34,948 nucleotides of DNA. Source: Bacteroidales bacterium (GTDB taxonomy: Bacteria > Bacteroidota > Bacteroidia > Bacteroidales > UBA12170). Below are positions 23,975 to 32,006 of this stretch, piece after piece. The position numbers and the translations under genes were made by a program. The first letter of the stretch is position 1, and each line of letters starts with the position of its first letter. The notes below the pieces were generated by a model. It did not search any database. It was not told the DNA's origin and was given only the letters and a program-made list of their open reading frames with translations. The stretch covers positions 1-34,948 of the forward strand of contig JADGDY010000034.1 in assembly GCA_016744655.1 (NCBI GenBank). The letters are read 5' to 3'.

Positions 23975-24871
23975 ATGTTTAAAGTAAAATCTATTATTCT
24001 ATTGGCCTTAATGGCATTTGTTTTCGTAACAAGTTGTAAAAAAGATGAAGAAACACCCGTAAGTACTACAGGGAATTTAAATATTGAGATATCAGGCCTT
24101 GAAGATTTGGGGAGTGATTATGCCTATGAAGGCTGGGTGATTGTAAATGGAAAAGCGGTAACTACTGGAGTTTTTGAAGTAGATGCATCTGGTATGATGA
24201 GTAAGACAAGTTTTGAAATAGGGCTAAGTGATTTAAATGCAGCGTCAACTTATGTTTTAACCATTGAGCCAAGCCCCGATTCAGATCCGAACCCAAGTAG
24301 TGTTCATATATTAGCAGGCGACTTTGATGGAAGTACAGCCACATTAAGTGTAGCGCATGGTGCAGCCCTGGGAAATGACTTTTCAACTTCAACTGGTGGT
24401 TATATTTTAGCAACTCCAACCGATGGTGGGTCCGATACCAACGAGAATAGTGGTGTATGGTGGTTAGATCCTTCTGCAGGTCCTGGGGCAAGCCTTAATC
24501 TTCCTACTTTGCCTGCAGGCTGGGCTTATGAAGGTTGGGCTGTAGTAGATGGAACACCAATTAGTACTGGTCGTTTTTTAACTGCCTCAGGTGCTGATTG
24601 GTCAGGTATTTATAGCAGTACAAATGCTGCAGGCCCTCCATTTCCCGGTGAAGATTTATTATTGAATGCTCCAGATGGAGTATCCTTTCCCACAGATTTG
24701 GCTGGTAAAACTGTTGTTATCTCTGTGGAGCCACAACCAGATAACAGCGCCGCCCCATTCTTATTAAAACCTTTGGTAGGTGCTGTGCCAGCTGATGCTA
24801 CAGACCATACTCTTTATCAAATGGCGAATAATGCAGCTAATTCCAATCCAACAGGAATGGCAAAGAAATAG
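23975..24871 (+). CDS. Hypothetical lipoprotein with an internal two-fold domain duplication
   Basis: The N-terminus MFKVKSIILLALMAFVFVTSC has a signal peptide plus a lipobox cysteine (VTSC). The motif YAYEGWVIVNGKAVTTGVFEV is repeated as WAYEGWAVVDGTPISTGRFLT in the second half. The composition is rich in G/S/T/P/D. Local GC appears higher than in neighbouring genes. Confidence 0.6.
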   Translation: MFKVKSIILLALMAFVFVTSCKKDEETPVSTTGNLNIEISGLEDLGSDYAYEGWVIVNGKAVTTGVFEVDASGMMSKTSFEIGLSDLNAASTYVLTIEPSPDSDPNPSSVHILAGDFDGSTATLSVAHGAALGNDFSTSTGGYILATPTDGGSDTNENSGVWWLDPSAGPGASLNLPTLPAGWAYEGWAVVDGTPISTGRFLTASGADWSGIYSSTNAAGPPFPGEDLLLNAPDGVSFPTDLAGKTVVISVEPQPDNSAAPFLLKPLVGAVPADATDHTLYQMANNAANSNPTGMAKK

Positions 24872-24903
24872 TAATAAAGTTTTGATTTTGTTTTGACAAG
24901 TCG

Positions 24904-24935
24904 AAGAGGTTCTCCTCTTTGGCTTGTTTTGTTTA
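24904..24935 (+). terminator. Possible weak intrinsic terminator after the lipoprotein gene
   Basis: Stem aagagg (24904-24909), loop ttct, stem cctctt (24914-24919), followed by T-rich tggcttgttttgttt. The stem is short, so support is weak. Confidence 0.3.
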
Positions 24936-25104
24936 TAGTAAAAAGATTTATCATGCATAGAAATGCTTATTCCTCTACTTTATACTGGATTAAAGATTAA
25001 ATTTTTAAGAAGTATAAGATGTTATCCAAATATTTTATAAATTGCTAGCTCATTAAAAAGCAAGTGGATAACTAATCCATTATAAATACTAAATATCAAT
25101 TCTT

Positions 25105-25683
25105 ATGGGTGATTTTTTTAACGAATTAACAACAATCGAAAAGATATATTGGATGGTAACCATTGTATCTTCTGTGTTTTTCTTGATACAAATGATTTCC
25201 GTTTTTGTTTTGGGAGATATGGATGCCGATACAGGTGGAGATGTTGATTTTGATGTGGAAACAGATACCGGAATTCCTTTTCAATTTTTTACATTTAGAA
25301 ATTTAGTTGGATTTATGACTGTTTTTGGATGGTCTGGTTTAGGAAGTATAGCCAATGGAAATACGAATTTAACTACTATCCTAATTTCTGTTATAGGTGG
25401 ATTATTGATGATGGTATTAATGACATTCTTGTTTTATTCTATTAGCAAATTAACAGCTTCTGGAAATCTAAATATGAAAAATGCTCAAGGAAAAACCGCT
25501 AGCGTTTATATTCCAATTACAAAAAAGCGTGAAGGAATAGGGAAAGTTCAAGTGAAAATTCAAGGCTCACTAAGAGAACTCGATGCCGTAACTGATGACG
25601 AAGAAGATTTAAAAACAGGAATGGTAGTTACTGTTACCAAAGTATTCGATGGTAACCTTCTTCTTGTTACAAAAAGCAAATAA
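25105..25683 (+). CDS. NfeD-family membrane protein (YqiJ/YuaF-like) that partners with flotillin
   Basis: Two N-terminal hydrophobic segments flank an acidic loop (DMDADTGGDVDFDVETDTG). The C-terminal soluble beta-rich (OB-fold-like) tail reads GKVQVKIQGSLRELDAVTD...MVVTVTKVFDGNLLLV. An SPFH/flotillin gene starts 31 bp downstream, which is the canonical nfeD-floT operon arrangement. Confidence 0.7.
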   Translation: MGDFFNELTTIEKIYWMVTIVSSVFFLIQMISVFVLGDMDADTGGDVDFDVETDTGIPFQFFTFRNLVGFMTVFGWSGLGSIANGNTNLTTILISVIGGLLMMVLMTFLFYSISKLTASGNLNMKNAQGKTASVYIPITKKREGIGKVQVKIQGSLRELDAVTDDEEDLKTGMVVTVTKVFDGNLLLVTKSK

Positions 25684-25713
25684 AAGATAGATTAATCATA
25701 TAAACTTAAAACT

Positions 25714-27363
25714 ATGGGTACCAGTTATTTTCTTGTGGCTGCAATTGTAGTCATTGTCACTATTTTTACATTACTTGTTTCATTATTTAAAAGGTATAAA
25801 CGTTGTCCCTCCGACCGTATTTTAGTTGTTTATGGTAAAATTGGGAAGTCAACAGCATTAGGTGGAAAGTCTGCCAAAACCATTCACGGTGGTGCTGCCT
25901 TTGTTTGGCCAGTTCTTCAAAGTTTCGAATTTCTTGATTTAACTCCGATTTCTATAGAGGTAAATCTTACCAGCGCCTTAAGTAGACAAAATATTCGTGT
26001 TGATGTTCCTTCTCGTTTTACAGTTGGTATTTCTACCGAACCTGGAATTATGAATAATGCTGCTGAAAGACTTTTAGGATTAAGTCAGGACCAGATTCAC
26101 GATTTAGCTAAGGATATTATTTTTGGTCAGTTACGTTTGGTAGTAGCTACCATGGATATTGAAGAGATTAATAATAACCGAGATAAGTTTTTGGCAGCTG
26201 TAAGCTCAAATGTGGAAGCGGAATTGAAAAAGATTGGTTTGAAATTAATCAACGTGAATGTAACAGACATTAAAGATGAGTCTGGTTATATTATCGCTTT
26301 AGGTAAAGAGGCAGCAGCTCATGCTATAAATGAAGCTAAAAAGAGTGTGGCTGAAAAATCTAGAGATGGTTCCATAGGTGAGGCCAATGCTGTTAGGGAA
26401 CAAAGAATTAAAGTTGCTGATGCAAATGCCGATGCCAATGTGGGGGAAGCTATTGCAATGCAGAAGGAAAGAATTAATGTGGCCGATGCCGATGCCAATG
26501 CTAAAGTAGGGGAGGCTGAGGCTGATAGAAAAGAGCGTACACTGACAGCCGATGCTGTGGCCAAAGCAAAGATTGGTGAGGCTGAAGCAAATAGAACTGA
26601 GCGTATTAAAACTTCTGAAGCTAATGCTACAGCGGTTGAAGGAGAAAATACGGCTAAGGTTACTATCGCTAATTCCGATGCAGACAGAAGAACTAAAGAG
26701 GCGGAAGCTGAAAGAATAGCTATTGCTGCTGAAAAAGTTAAAACAGCTCAAGCTCTAGAAGAATCTTATTCTGCTGAAAAAGAAGCAGAGCAATCTAGAG
26801 CATTAAGAGATAAAGCAAGTCAGGAAGCTGATATCATTATTCCAGCAGAGATTGACAAGCAAAGAATAGTTATCGAGGCAGAAGCCATGGCCGAAGAAAT
26901 CAGAAGAAAAGCAAAAGGTGAAGCCGATGCTATCTATTTGAAGATGGCTGCTGAAGCTAAAGGTAATTATGAGATTTTGACAAAGCAAGCTGAAGGTTTT
27001 AAAGCCATTGTTGGAGCTGCCAATGATAATAGCAACGATGCTGTAATGCTAATGATTGCTGATAAATTACCAGAGTTAGTAGAGAAGCAAGTAGAAGCCA
27101 TCAAGAATATTAAGATTGATAAGGTTACTGTTTGGGACAGCATGAGTTCTGGTAAAGATGGTAATTCACCATCAACTGCTAATTTCTTATCAGGAATGTT
27201 AGGTTCTCTTCCTCCATTCGATGAAATATTCCAAATGGCGGGTATGGAACTTCCGGACTACCTAAAAGGAAGCAAAAAAGAGGAGGCTAAAAAAGAAGTT
27301 CTTCCCTTGAAAAAAGAAGAAACCATCTCCGATGCGGATATTGTAGAGGACAAGCCGGAGTAA
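25714..27363 (+). CDS. Flotillin-like SPFH/Band-7 protein (YqiK/FloT-type)
   Basis: N-terminal membrane hairpin (YFLVAAIVVIVTIFTLLVSLF). SPFH core with ILVVYGK...TPISIEVNLTSALSRQNIRVDVPSRFTVGI...IFGQLRLVVATMDIEEINNNRDKF. A long EA-rich coiled-coil flotillin domain follows (repeats of GEAxAxxxERI/ADA). 549 aa. Confidence 0.85.
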   Translation: MGTSYFLVAAIVVIVTIFTLLVSLFKRYKRCPSDRILVVYGKIGKSTALGGKSAKTIHGGAAFVWPVLQSFEFLDLTPISIEVNLTSALSRQNIRVDVPSRFTVGISTEPGIMNNAAERLLGLSQDQIHDLAKDIIFGQLRLVVATMDIEEINNNRDKFLAAVSSNVEAELKKIGLKLINVNVTDIKDESGYIIALGKEAAAHAINEAKKSVAEKSRDGSIGEANAVREQRIKVADANADANVGEAIAMQKERINVADADANAKVGEAEADRKERTLTADAVAKAKIGEAEANRTERIKTSEANATAVEGENTAKVTIANSDADRRTKEAEAERIAIAAEKVKTAQALEESYSAEKEAEQSRALRDKASQEADIIIPAEIDKQRIVIEAEAMAEEIRRKAKGEADAIYLKMAAEAKGNYEILTKQAEGFKAIVGAANDNSNDAVMLMIADKLPELVEKQVEAIKNIKIDKVTVWDSMSSGKDGNSPSTANFLSGMLGSLPPFDEIFQMAGMELPDYLKGSKKEEAKKEVLPLKKEETISDADIVEDKPE

Positions 27364-27544
27364 TAGTTGACGAGTCCAAAGAAAATACTTAGTGCTTGCC
27401 AGAAAACGCCAATTTCTTCGTTACTTTTGTTTTGAAAATAGTTTTTTACCAAAGTAAACGCCTGATTTTCAAAACTGCAAAAGCCTCGAACTTGACGTCT
27501 TCTGACTAGCACTCCAAAAATCAACAGTTTTCTTGCTGACACTA

Positions 27545-27581
27545 CCTAATAGAATAAACATTTTATTAGGTATTTTTTTTG
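27545..27581 (+). terminator. Possible intrinsic terminator about 180 bp downstream of the flotillin stop
   Basis: Stem cctaata (27545-27551) pairs with tattagg (27564-27570). The run tatttttttt follows. The stem is AT-rich, so this is a weak call. Confidence 0.4.
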
Positions 27582-27628
27582 TGCCAGATTTCCTAAAATG
27601 ATATAGTTTTACCCTCAAATTTTAATCC

Positions 27629-28129
27629 ATGAAAAAAGTAATAGAAGAAGCTCCTTATATTTCTGGGAATTCAAATTCACTCTTAAAGAGAGTAGACTTT
27701 GTGGATACATTCTCCACCACCAATCATTTTCATACATTAGAGGAAATTACTAACTTGATTTTCAATAAGAGCCCGAAGTGGCTCGATGTATTATTCAAGA
27801 TCCGGAATACATTGGTGAAATTGATAGGTATAGAAACCAAACTGCCTGATGATTATCGCGAGGGTTTTGAAGTTGGTGCCTATGTGAAGTTTTTTAAGAT
27901 TTATCAAATCTACGAGAATGAAATTATTCTAGGTCTTAACGACACTCATTTGAATTTTAGAGCGCTCATCTTTCGTGATACTGCGGAATATTATAATATC
28001 AAGGTGACCACCATCGTAGAATACAATAATACTAAAGGAAAAATCTATATGACATTGATAAAACCTTTTCACCGCTGGGTAATTAAGGCCATGATAAAAA
28101 AGGCTTGGACTGCTCAGATAACAAATTAG
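27629..28129 (+). CDS. Hypothetical protein (166 aa); possibly DUF2867-like
   Basis: ATG ORF with coding-like composition in its own intergenic context. The family assignment rests only on a vague resemblance (WLDVLFKIRNTLVKLIG region) and is not reliable. Confidence 0.5.
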   Translation: MKKVIEEAPYISGNSNSLLKRVDFVDTFSTTNHFHTLEEITNLIFNKSPKWLDVLFKIRNTLVKLIGIETKLPDDYREGFEVGAYVKFFKIYQIYENEIILGLNDTHLNFRALIFRDTAEYYNIKVTTIVEYNNTKGKIYMTLIKPFHRWVIKAMIKKAWTAQITN

Positions 28130-28143
28130 CTTTTATATAAATA

Positions 28144-28626
28144 CTACGATTGAATTTCAATAGGCAATCCTCTATTAAAACCCTCCTCCAAAGAAAGAAA
28201 TGTTTCAGTGCTGGTTACTTCAATTATCGATTGTATTTTTTCAACCAAAATTCTCTTCAAGTGCTCATTACTATGGGCGTATATTTTTAGCATATAGGAG
28301 TACTTTCCAGTAATAGAATGGCATTCCACTACTTCAGGAATAGCTAAAATCCTATCGAAAACCTCATGGTGGGTTTGTCCAGAAGTCAGGTTCACTTGAA
28401 TTCCAACAAATGCCAAAGAGTGAAAACCTAATCCTTGTGGAGACAATGAAAATTTAGAACCTTCAATCACCCCAGCATCTTTCAATTTTTTCAACCTCTG
28501 ATGAATTGCAGCTCCGGATATTTTTAGTTTACGAGCCATTAAAGTAATTGGAGTTCTCGCATTATCCATTAAAATGTCTAAAATCTGCTTATCCATTGAA
28601 TCAATTTGAAACTTAATCTTACTCAT
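28144..28626 (-). CDS. Lrp/AsnC-family transcriptional regulator
   Basis: N-terminal HTH with LDxxDxxIL...NARxxxxxxAxxxxxSxxAxxxRxxxL (DKQILDILMDNARTPITLMARKLKISGAAIHQRLKKLKDAGVI). C-terminal RAM/ACT-like domain (VGIQVNL...VVECHSITGKYSYMLKI). At 160 aa it has the typical size. It is divergent from an amino-acid catabolic gene. Confidence 0.9.
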   Translation of the reverse strand: MSKIKFQIDSMDKQILDILMDNARTPITLMARKLKISGAAIHQRLKKLKDAGVIEGSKFSLSPQGLGFHSLAFVGIQVNLTSGQTHHEVFDRILAIPEVVECHSITGKYSYMLKIYAHSNEHLKRILVEKIQSIIEVTSTETFLSLEEGFNRGLPIEIQS

Positions 28627-28781
28627 TTGTTGTTTTTATTTAATAAATTCTACTAAATTAACAATATTACTTTCATATTGTAAGCAAAAATAGAATAAAT
28701 GCTTAAATAAATTAGATATATTGATATTATTGCTTTCATAATTTACTTTTGTTCCATAGAAAACAATATAAAATAAATAAT

Positions 28782-29990
28782 ATGAGCACAAAGAAATTTG
28801 ATCCAGCAACAAATATCCAACGCCAAGAGGTATTTGGTGAGCACGGAGGAGTAAATCCTTCAATTACAGATAGTAGTACATTTACTTTTATGACGGCCAA
28901 GACCATGTTAGACACATTTCATGGTGAAGCAGAAGGTTGTTTCTTATATTCTCGTCACTGGAATCCTAGCAATATGTCTTTAGCACAAGCTTTAGCAGCT
29001 ATGGAAGGTACAGAGAGTGCTTGGGTAACAGGTTCTGGAATGGGAGCTATTACTACAGTATTATTACAGTTATGTAATGCTGGTGATCATATTGTAACTA
29101 GTGTTACAACTTATGGTGGAACTTATGCTTTCCTAAAAAACTATCTTCCTAAATTCAATATTGACGTTACTTTCGTTAATATTTCAGATTTAGATGCAGT
29201 TGAGGCAGCTATCCGTCCAAACACAAAGTTGATTTACACTGAAAGCATGACTAACCCAATGCTTCAGATTTCTGATATGCCTAAGTTGAGTGAAATTGCT
29301 CATAAGCATAATGCAAAATTAGTGGTTGACAATACATTCACACCAATGATTTTCTCTCCATATCAATTAGGAGCTGATATCGTTTGTTATTCTATGACAA
29401 AATTCATCAATGGTAAAAACGATTGTGTTGCAGGTGCTATTTGTGCCAGCGAAGAATTTATCAATGCCATTAGTGATGTAAATGATGGAACAGCTATGTT
29501 ATTAGGACCAGTATTAGATCCAATGCGTTCTTCTAGCATCCTCAAGAACTTACATACTTTGCATATCAGAATGATGCAGCACAGTAAGAACGCTATGTTC
29601 TTAGCTAAGAAATTCAAAGAAATTGGATTGAGATTCAACTATCCAGGAATGTCAGAGCATCAAGATCATGATTTGATGAACAGCATGCGAAACGAAGATT
29701 TCGGTTATGGTGGTATGATTGCTATTGATATGGAAACTGCTGAAAGAGCTGCTGACCTAATGGAATGTATGCAAATTAGAGGTGTTGGTTACCATGCTGT
29801 AAGCCTTGGATATTTCAAAACCTTATTTAGCAACTCAGGTAAATCTACAAGTAGTGAAGTTCCTGAAGATGTACAACTATCTATGGGAATGTCTCCAGGT
29901 TTAGTACGTTTCTCTGTTGGTTTAGACCATGATATTGAAACTACATTTGAAGTTATTTTATCTTGCCTAAAAGACAAAAAATTAATCTAA
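28782..29990 (+). CDS. PLP-dependent Cys/Met-metabolism enzyme (methionine gamma-lyase / cystathionine gamma-synthase / O-acetylhomoserine sulfhydrylase family)
   Basis: Fold-type I transsulfuration-family pattern: GGVNPSITDSSTF, YSRHWNPS, GSGMGAIT, and a PLP-lysine motif YSMTKFINGKNDCVAG (compare the consensus YSxTKyxxGHsD). The tracked ORF starts at a TTG (28749). The ATG at 28782 (MSTKKFDPATN) is the preferred start. Divergent pairing with an Lrp/AsnC regulator suggests a catabolic (MGL-like) role. Confidence 0.85.
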   Translation: MSTKKFDPATNIQRQEVFGEHGGVNPSITDSSTFTFMTAKTMLDTFHGEAEGCFLYSRHWNPSNMSLAQALAAMEGTESAWVTGSGMGAITTVLLQLCNAGDHIVTSVTTYGGTYAFLKNYLPKFNIDVTFVNISDLDAVEAAIRPNTKLIYTESMTNPMLQISDMPKLSEIAHKHNAKLVVDNTFTPMIFSPYQLGADIVCYSMTKFINGKNDCVAGAICASEEFINAISDVNDGTAMLLGPVLDPMRSSSILKNLHTLHIRMMQHSKNAMFLAKKFKEIGLRFNYPGMSEHQDHDLMNSMRNEDFGYGGMIAIDMETAERAADLMECMQIRGVGYHAVSLGYFKTLFSNSGKSTSSEVPEDVQLSMGMSPGLVRFSVGLDHDIETTFEVILSCLKDKKLI

Positions 29991-30009
29991 TCGATTAATC
30001 TCAACATAG

Positions 30010-30047
30010 AAGCTCTATTTCAATCTTGAAGTAGAGCTTTTTTTTAT
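30010..30047 (+). terminator. Rho-independent terminator after the PLP-enzyme gene
   Basis: Stem aagctcta (30010-30017) pairs with tagagctt (30032-30039) around a 14-nt loop. A run of nine T follows. Confidence 0.65.
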
Positions 30048-30118
30048 CCAGTAGCCAGCACTCAATTTATCTCTAGACATTCCCAAAAAACTCTACCTTT
30101 GCCGCAATCACATTAACC

Positions 30119-31036
30119 ATGAAATTACAAGATACCACCAAGGGTTATTTATTTGCGTTTATTGCAGTATTTGCCACCTCAAATGTTTATATTTTCAGTA
30201 AAGCTGCTTTAGGGGAGGTAAGTCTACCCGTTTTTGGTTTTTATTGGTTCTTATTTGGTCTAATATGGAATTCCATTTTTGCAGCTAAAACCGGAAAACT
30301 AAAGCAAATTAAAAGCCTTAAGAATAGAGATTTTCTCATTTTATTTATTTTAGGACTTTTGGAAATATCAGGAACTTCTTTTTTCTTTTTATCCATATCT
30401 ACTTTTTCCAACCCAGCGATAGTTTCTTTCCTCGGAAATATAAATCCAGTTATAGTCACAATTTTGGGTTTTATTATTCTTAAGGAGCGTTATAACAAAC
30501 CTGAGGTTTTAGGGATTGTTCTGATCATATTAGGTGCTTTTATCATCAGTTATCAGGGTGGAACATCATTATCTTCCATGTTTATTAATGGATCGGAATA
30601 TATTTTGTACAGTGGTATTTTCTATGGAATTAGCAATATCATCACAAAGAAAAATGTGAAGAGATTAGGACCATCAATATTAGCATTAAGCAGAAATATA
30701 TTTCTCTTTGTATTCTCTTTCTCGGTATTAATCATTCAAGGGTTAAATTGGGGTATGTCTTGGTTTGCCTTATGGAATATTTTTATTGGAAGTATTCTGG
30801 GACCATTTTTAACCATTACAGCCGGATATCAGGCATTTAAATATTTAGAAGTGAGTAGGGTGAGTATATTAGGGAGTACAAAAGGAATTATCGTATTAAT
30901 TGGTGCTTATGTTTATTTTGGAAGATTCCCAGAAGTCTATCAAGTGATAGGAGGGGCTATTTCTATAGCAGGAGTAATCCTAATTTCTGTAGGAAAGATA
31001 CTTTTAAAGAAAAAGGCTCAGAAAGTCAAAGCTTAA
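30119..31036 (+). CDS. EamA/DMT-superfamily transporter (10-TMS drug/metabolite exporter)
   Basis: 305-aa hydrophobic protein with two EamA-like halves (YLFAFIAVFATSNVYIFSKAAL..., ILYSGIFYGISNIITKKNV...). It ends with a basic tail KKKAQKVKA. Confidence 0.8.
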   Translation: MKLQDTTKGYLFAFIAVFATSNVYIFSKAALGEVSLPVFGFYWFLFGLIWNSIFAAKTGKLKQIKSLKNRDFLILFILGLLEISGTSFFFLSISTFSNPAIVSFLGNINPVIVTILGFIILKERYNKPEVLGIVLIILGAFIISYQGGTSLSSMFINGSEYILYSGIFYGISNIITKKNVKRLGPSILALSRNIFLFVFSFSVLIIQGLNWGMSWFALWNIFIGSILGPFLTITAGYQAFKYLEVSRVSILGSTKGIIVLIGAYVYFGRFPEVYQVIGGAISIAGVILISVGKILLKKKAQKVKA

Positions 31037-31042
31037 CTCAGT

Positions 31043-31906
31043 CTAACCAAGCTTACTCATGAGTCTTCTAAAATCTTCCGATTGATTCATGTCGCCAGAA
31101 AGTTCATAGGACTGCATTAACTCATTCATTAATCTTTGTACCGTAGATTTATTATTGCAAGGTTCAAAATACTCTTTGTTTGGTTCTAAGTCTAATTGTC
31201 CCAAAAATGTATCTATATCTTCTTTAGTAAAAACTATTCCATTATTAAAGGGGTTGATATAGAACAGCGGTTTCGATTCGCTATGTAATTGTTCTGAGTT
31301 TAGGTATGCAAGAATGAAATTCTCAGGAAGATTTACTCCAAATACAGGAAGTTCAAGGCTTTGAGCAACTTCTAAATAAAGAATGCTTAATATCACAGAA
31401 TTGCCTTGTCTGTTATCGAGGAGGTCTTTTAATAAGCTATTTTGAGGATGGCTTATATTAGTCTTGTTTCCTTTGAAATTATAAATCTTGTAAAAAACAT
31501 GATTTAAAATGTGAATCTTTTCAAGTGGGGTGAATTCTTCACTTAGTTCTAGCCAAACATCTTTTTTTAATTTGTCTATTTGGTTTTGAATTTCTTGAGG
31601 ATCTAAATTTGGATAATGATATTGACTTAGTATAACCGCTGCGTCTATCAATTTCTGATCTGATTGTTTTCTCCAATTAAGTAGAGAGGTTTCAGTTTTA
31701 TTGTATTGAATTTTGCTAAGTAGTGTGGTTATACGATTTTCCGCCAATTGATCATTTTTACCATCAGCTGCATCCTTTAAGTAAGGAAGAGCTTTGGGGC
31801 CTATCTCAATTACCTTATTTTCTATTTCAGAAAACACTTCTGGATCTGGATCATCCAAAAGATGTAATAAGGCCTTTAACATTGTTTCGTCGGTTGTACT
31901 GCTCAT
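31043..31906 (-). CDS. SirB1/YchA-family transglutaminase-like protein
   Basis: Block similarity to E. coli YchA/SirB1. NRQGNSVILSILYLEVAQSLELPVFGVNLPENFILAY compares with NRQGSAVSLGAVLLWVANRLDLPLLPVIFPTQLILRI. LFYINPFNNGIVFTKEDIDTFL compares with IWLINPFNGESLSEHMLDVWL. At 287 aa it has a similar size. Confidence 0.7.
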   Translation of the reverse strand: MSSTTDETMLKALLHLLDDPDPEVFSEIENKVIEIGPKALPYLKDAADGKNDQLAENRITTLLSKIQYNKTETSLLNWRKQSDQKLIDAAVILSQYHYPNLDPQEIQNQIDKLKKDVWLELSEEFTPLEKIHILNHVFYKIYNFKGNKTNISHPQNSLLKDLLDNRQGNSVILSILYLEVAQSLELPVFGVNLPENFILAYLNSEQLHSESKPLFYINPFNNGIVFTKEDIDTFLGQLDLEPNKEYFEPCNNKSTVQRLMNELMQSYELSGDMNQSEDFRRLMSKLG

Positions 31907-32006
31907 TTTCTTTAATGTGATATGTACAAATGTAGGTTTTCATGGCCTTAATTTTAGTAAAACCTATTGAAACTTATTAAACAGGAAATGTTAATTGTTT
32001 TTTAAA

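Noticed and set aside
26380-26720. EA-rich short tandem repeats within the flotillin gene considered as a separate repeat feature
   Set aside because: This is the normal low-complexity coiled-coil (flotillin domain) region of YqiK/FloT-type proteins, not an independent element.
26299-26988. Minus-strand ORFs of 150, 81 and 61 aa antisense to the flotillin gene
   Set aside because: They are generated by the GC-rich EA-repeat coding region of flotillin (gccgatgccaatg... repeats), which keeps the opposite-strand frames open. Their translations are Ser/Phe/Cys low-complexity.
28749-28781. TTG start proposed by the ORF track for the PLP-enzyme gene
   Set aside because: The track evidently allows alternative start codons. 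An in-frame ATG at 28782 (MSTKKFDPATN) is 11 codons downstream. It gives a conventional N-terminus and leaves a sensible divergent promoter region with the Lrp gene.
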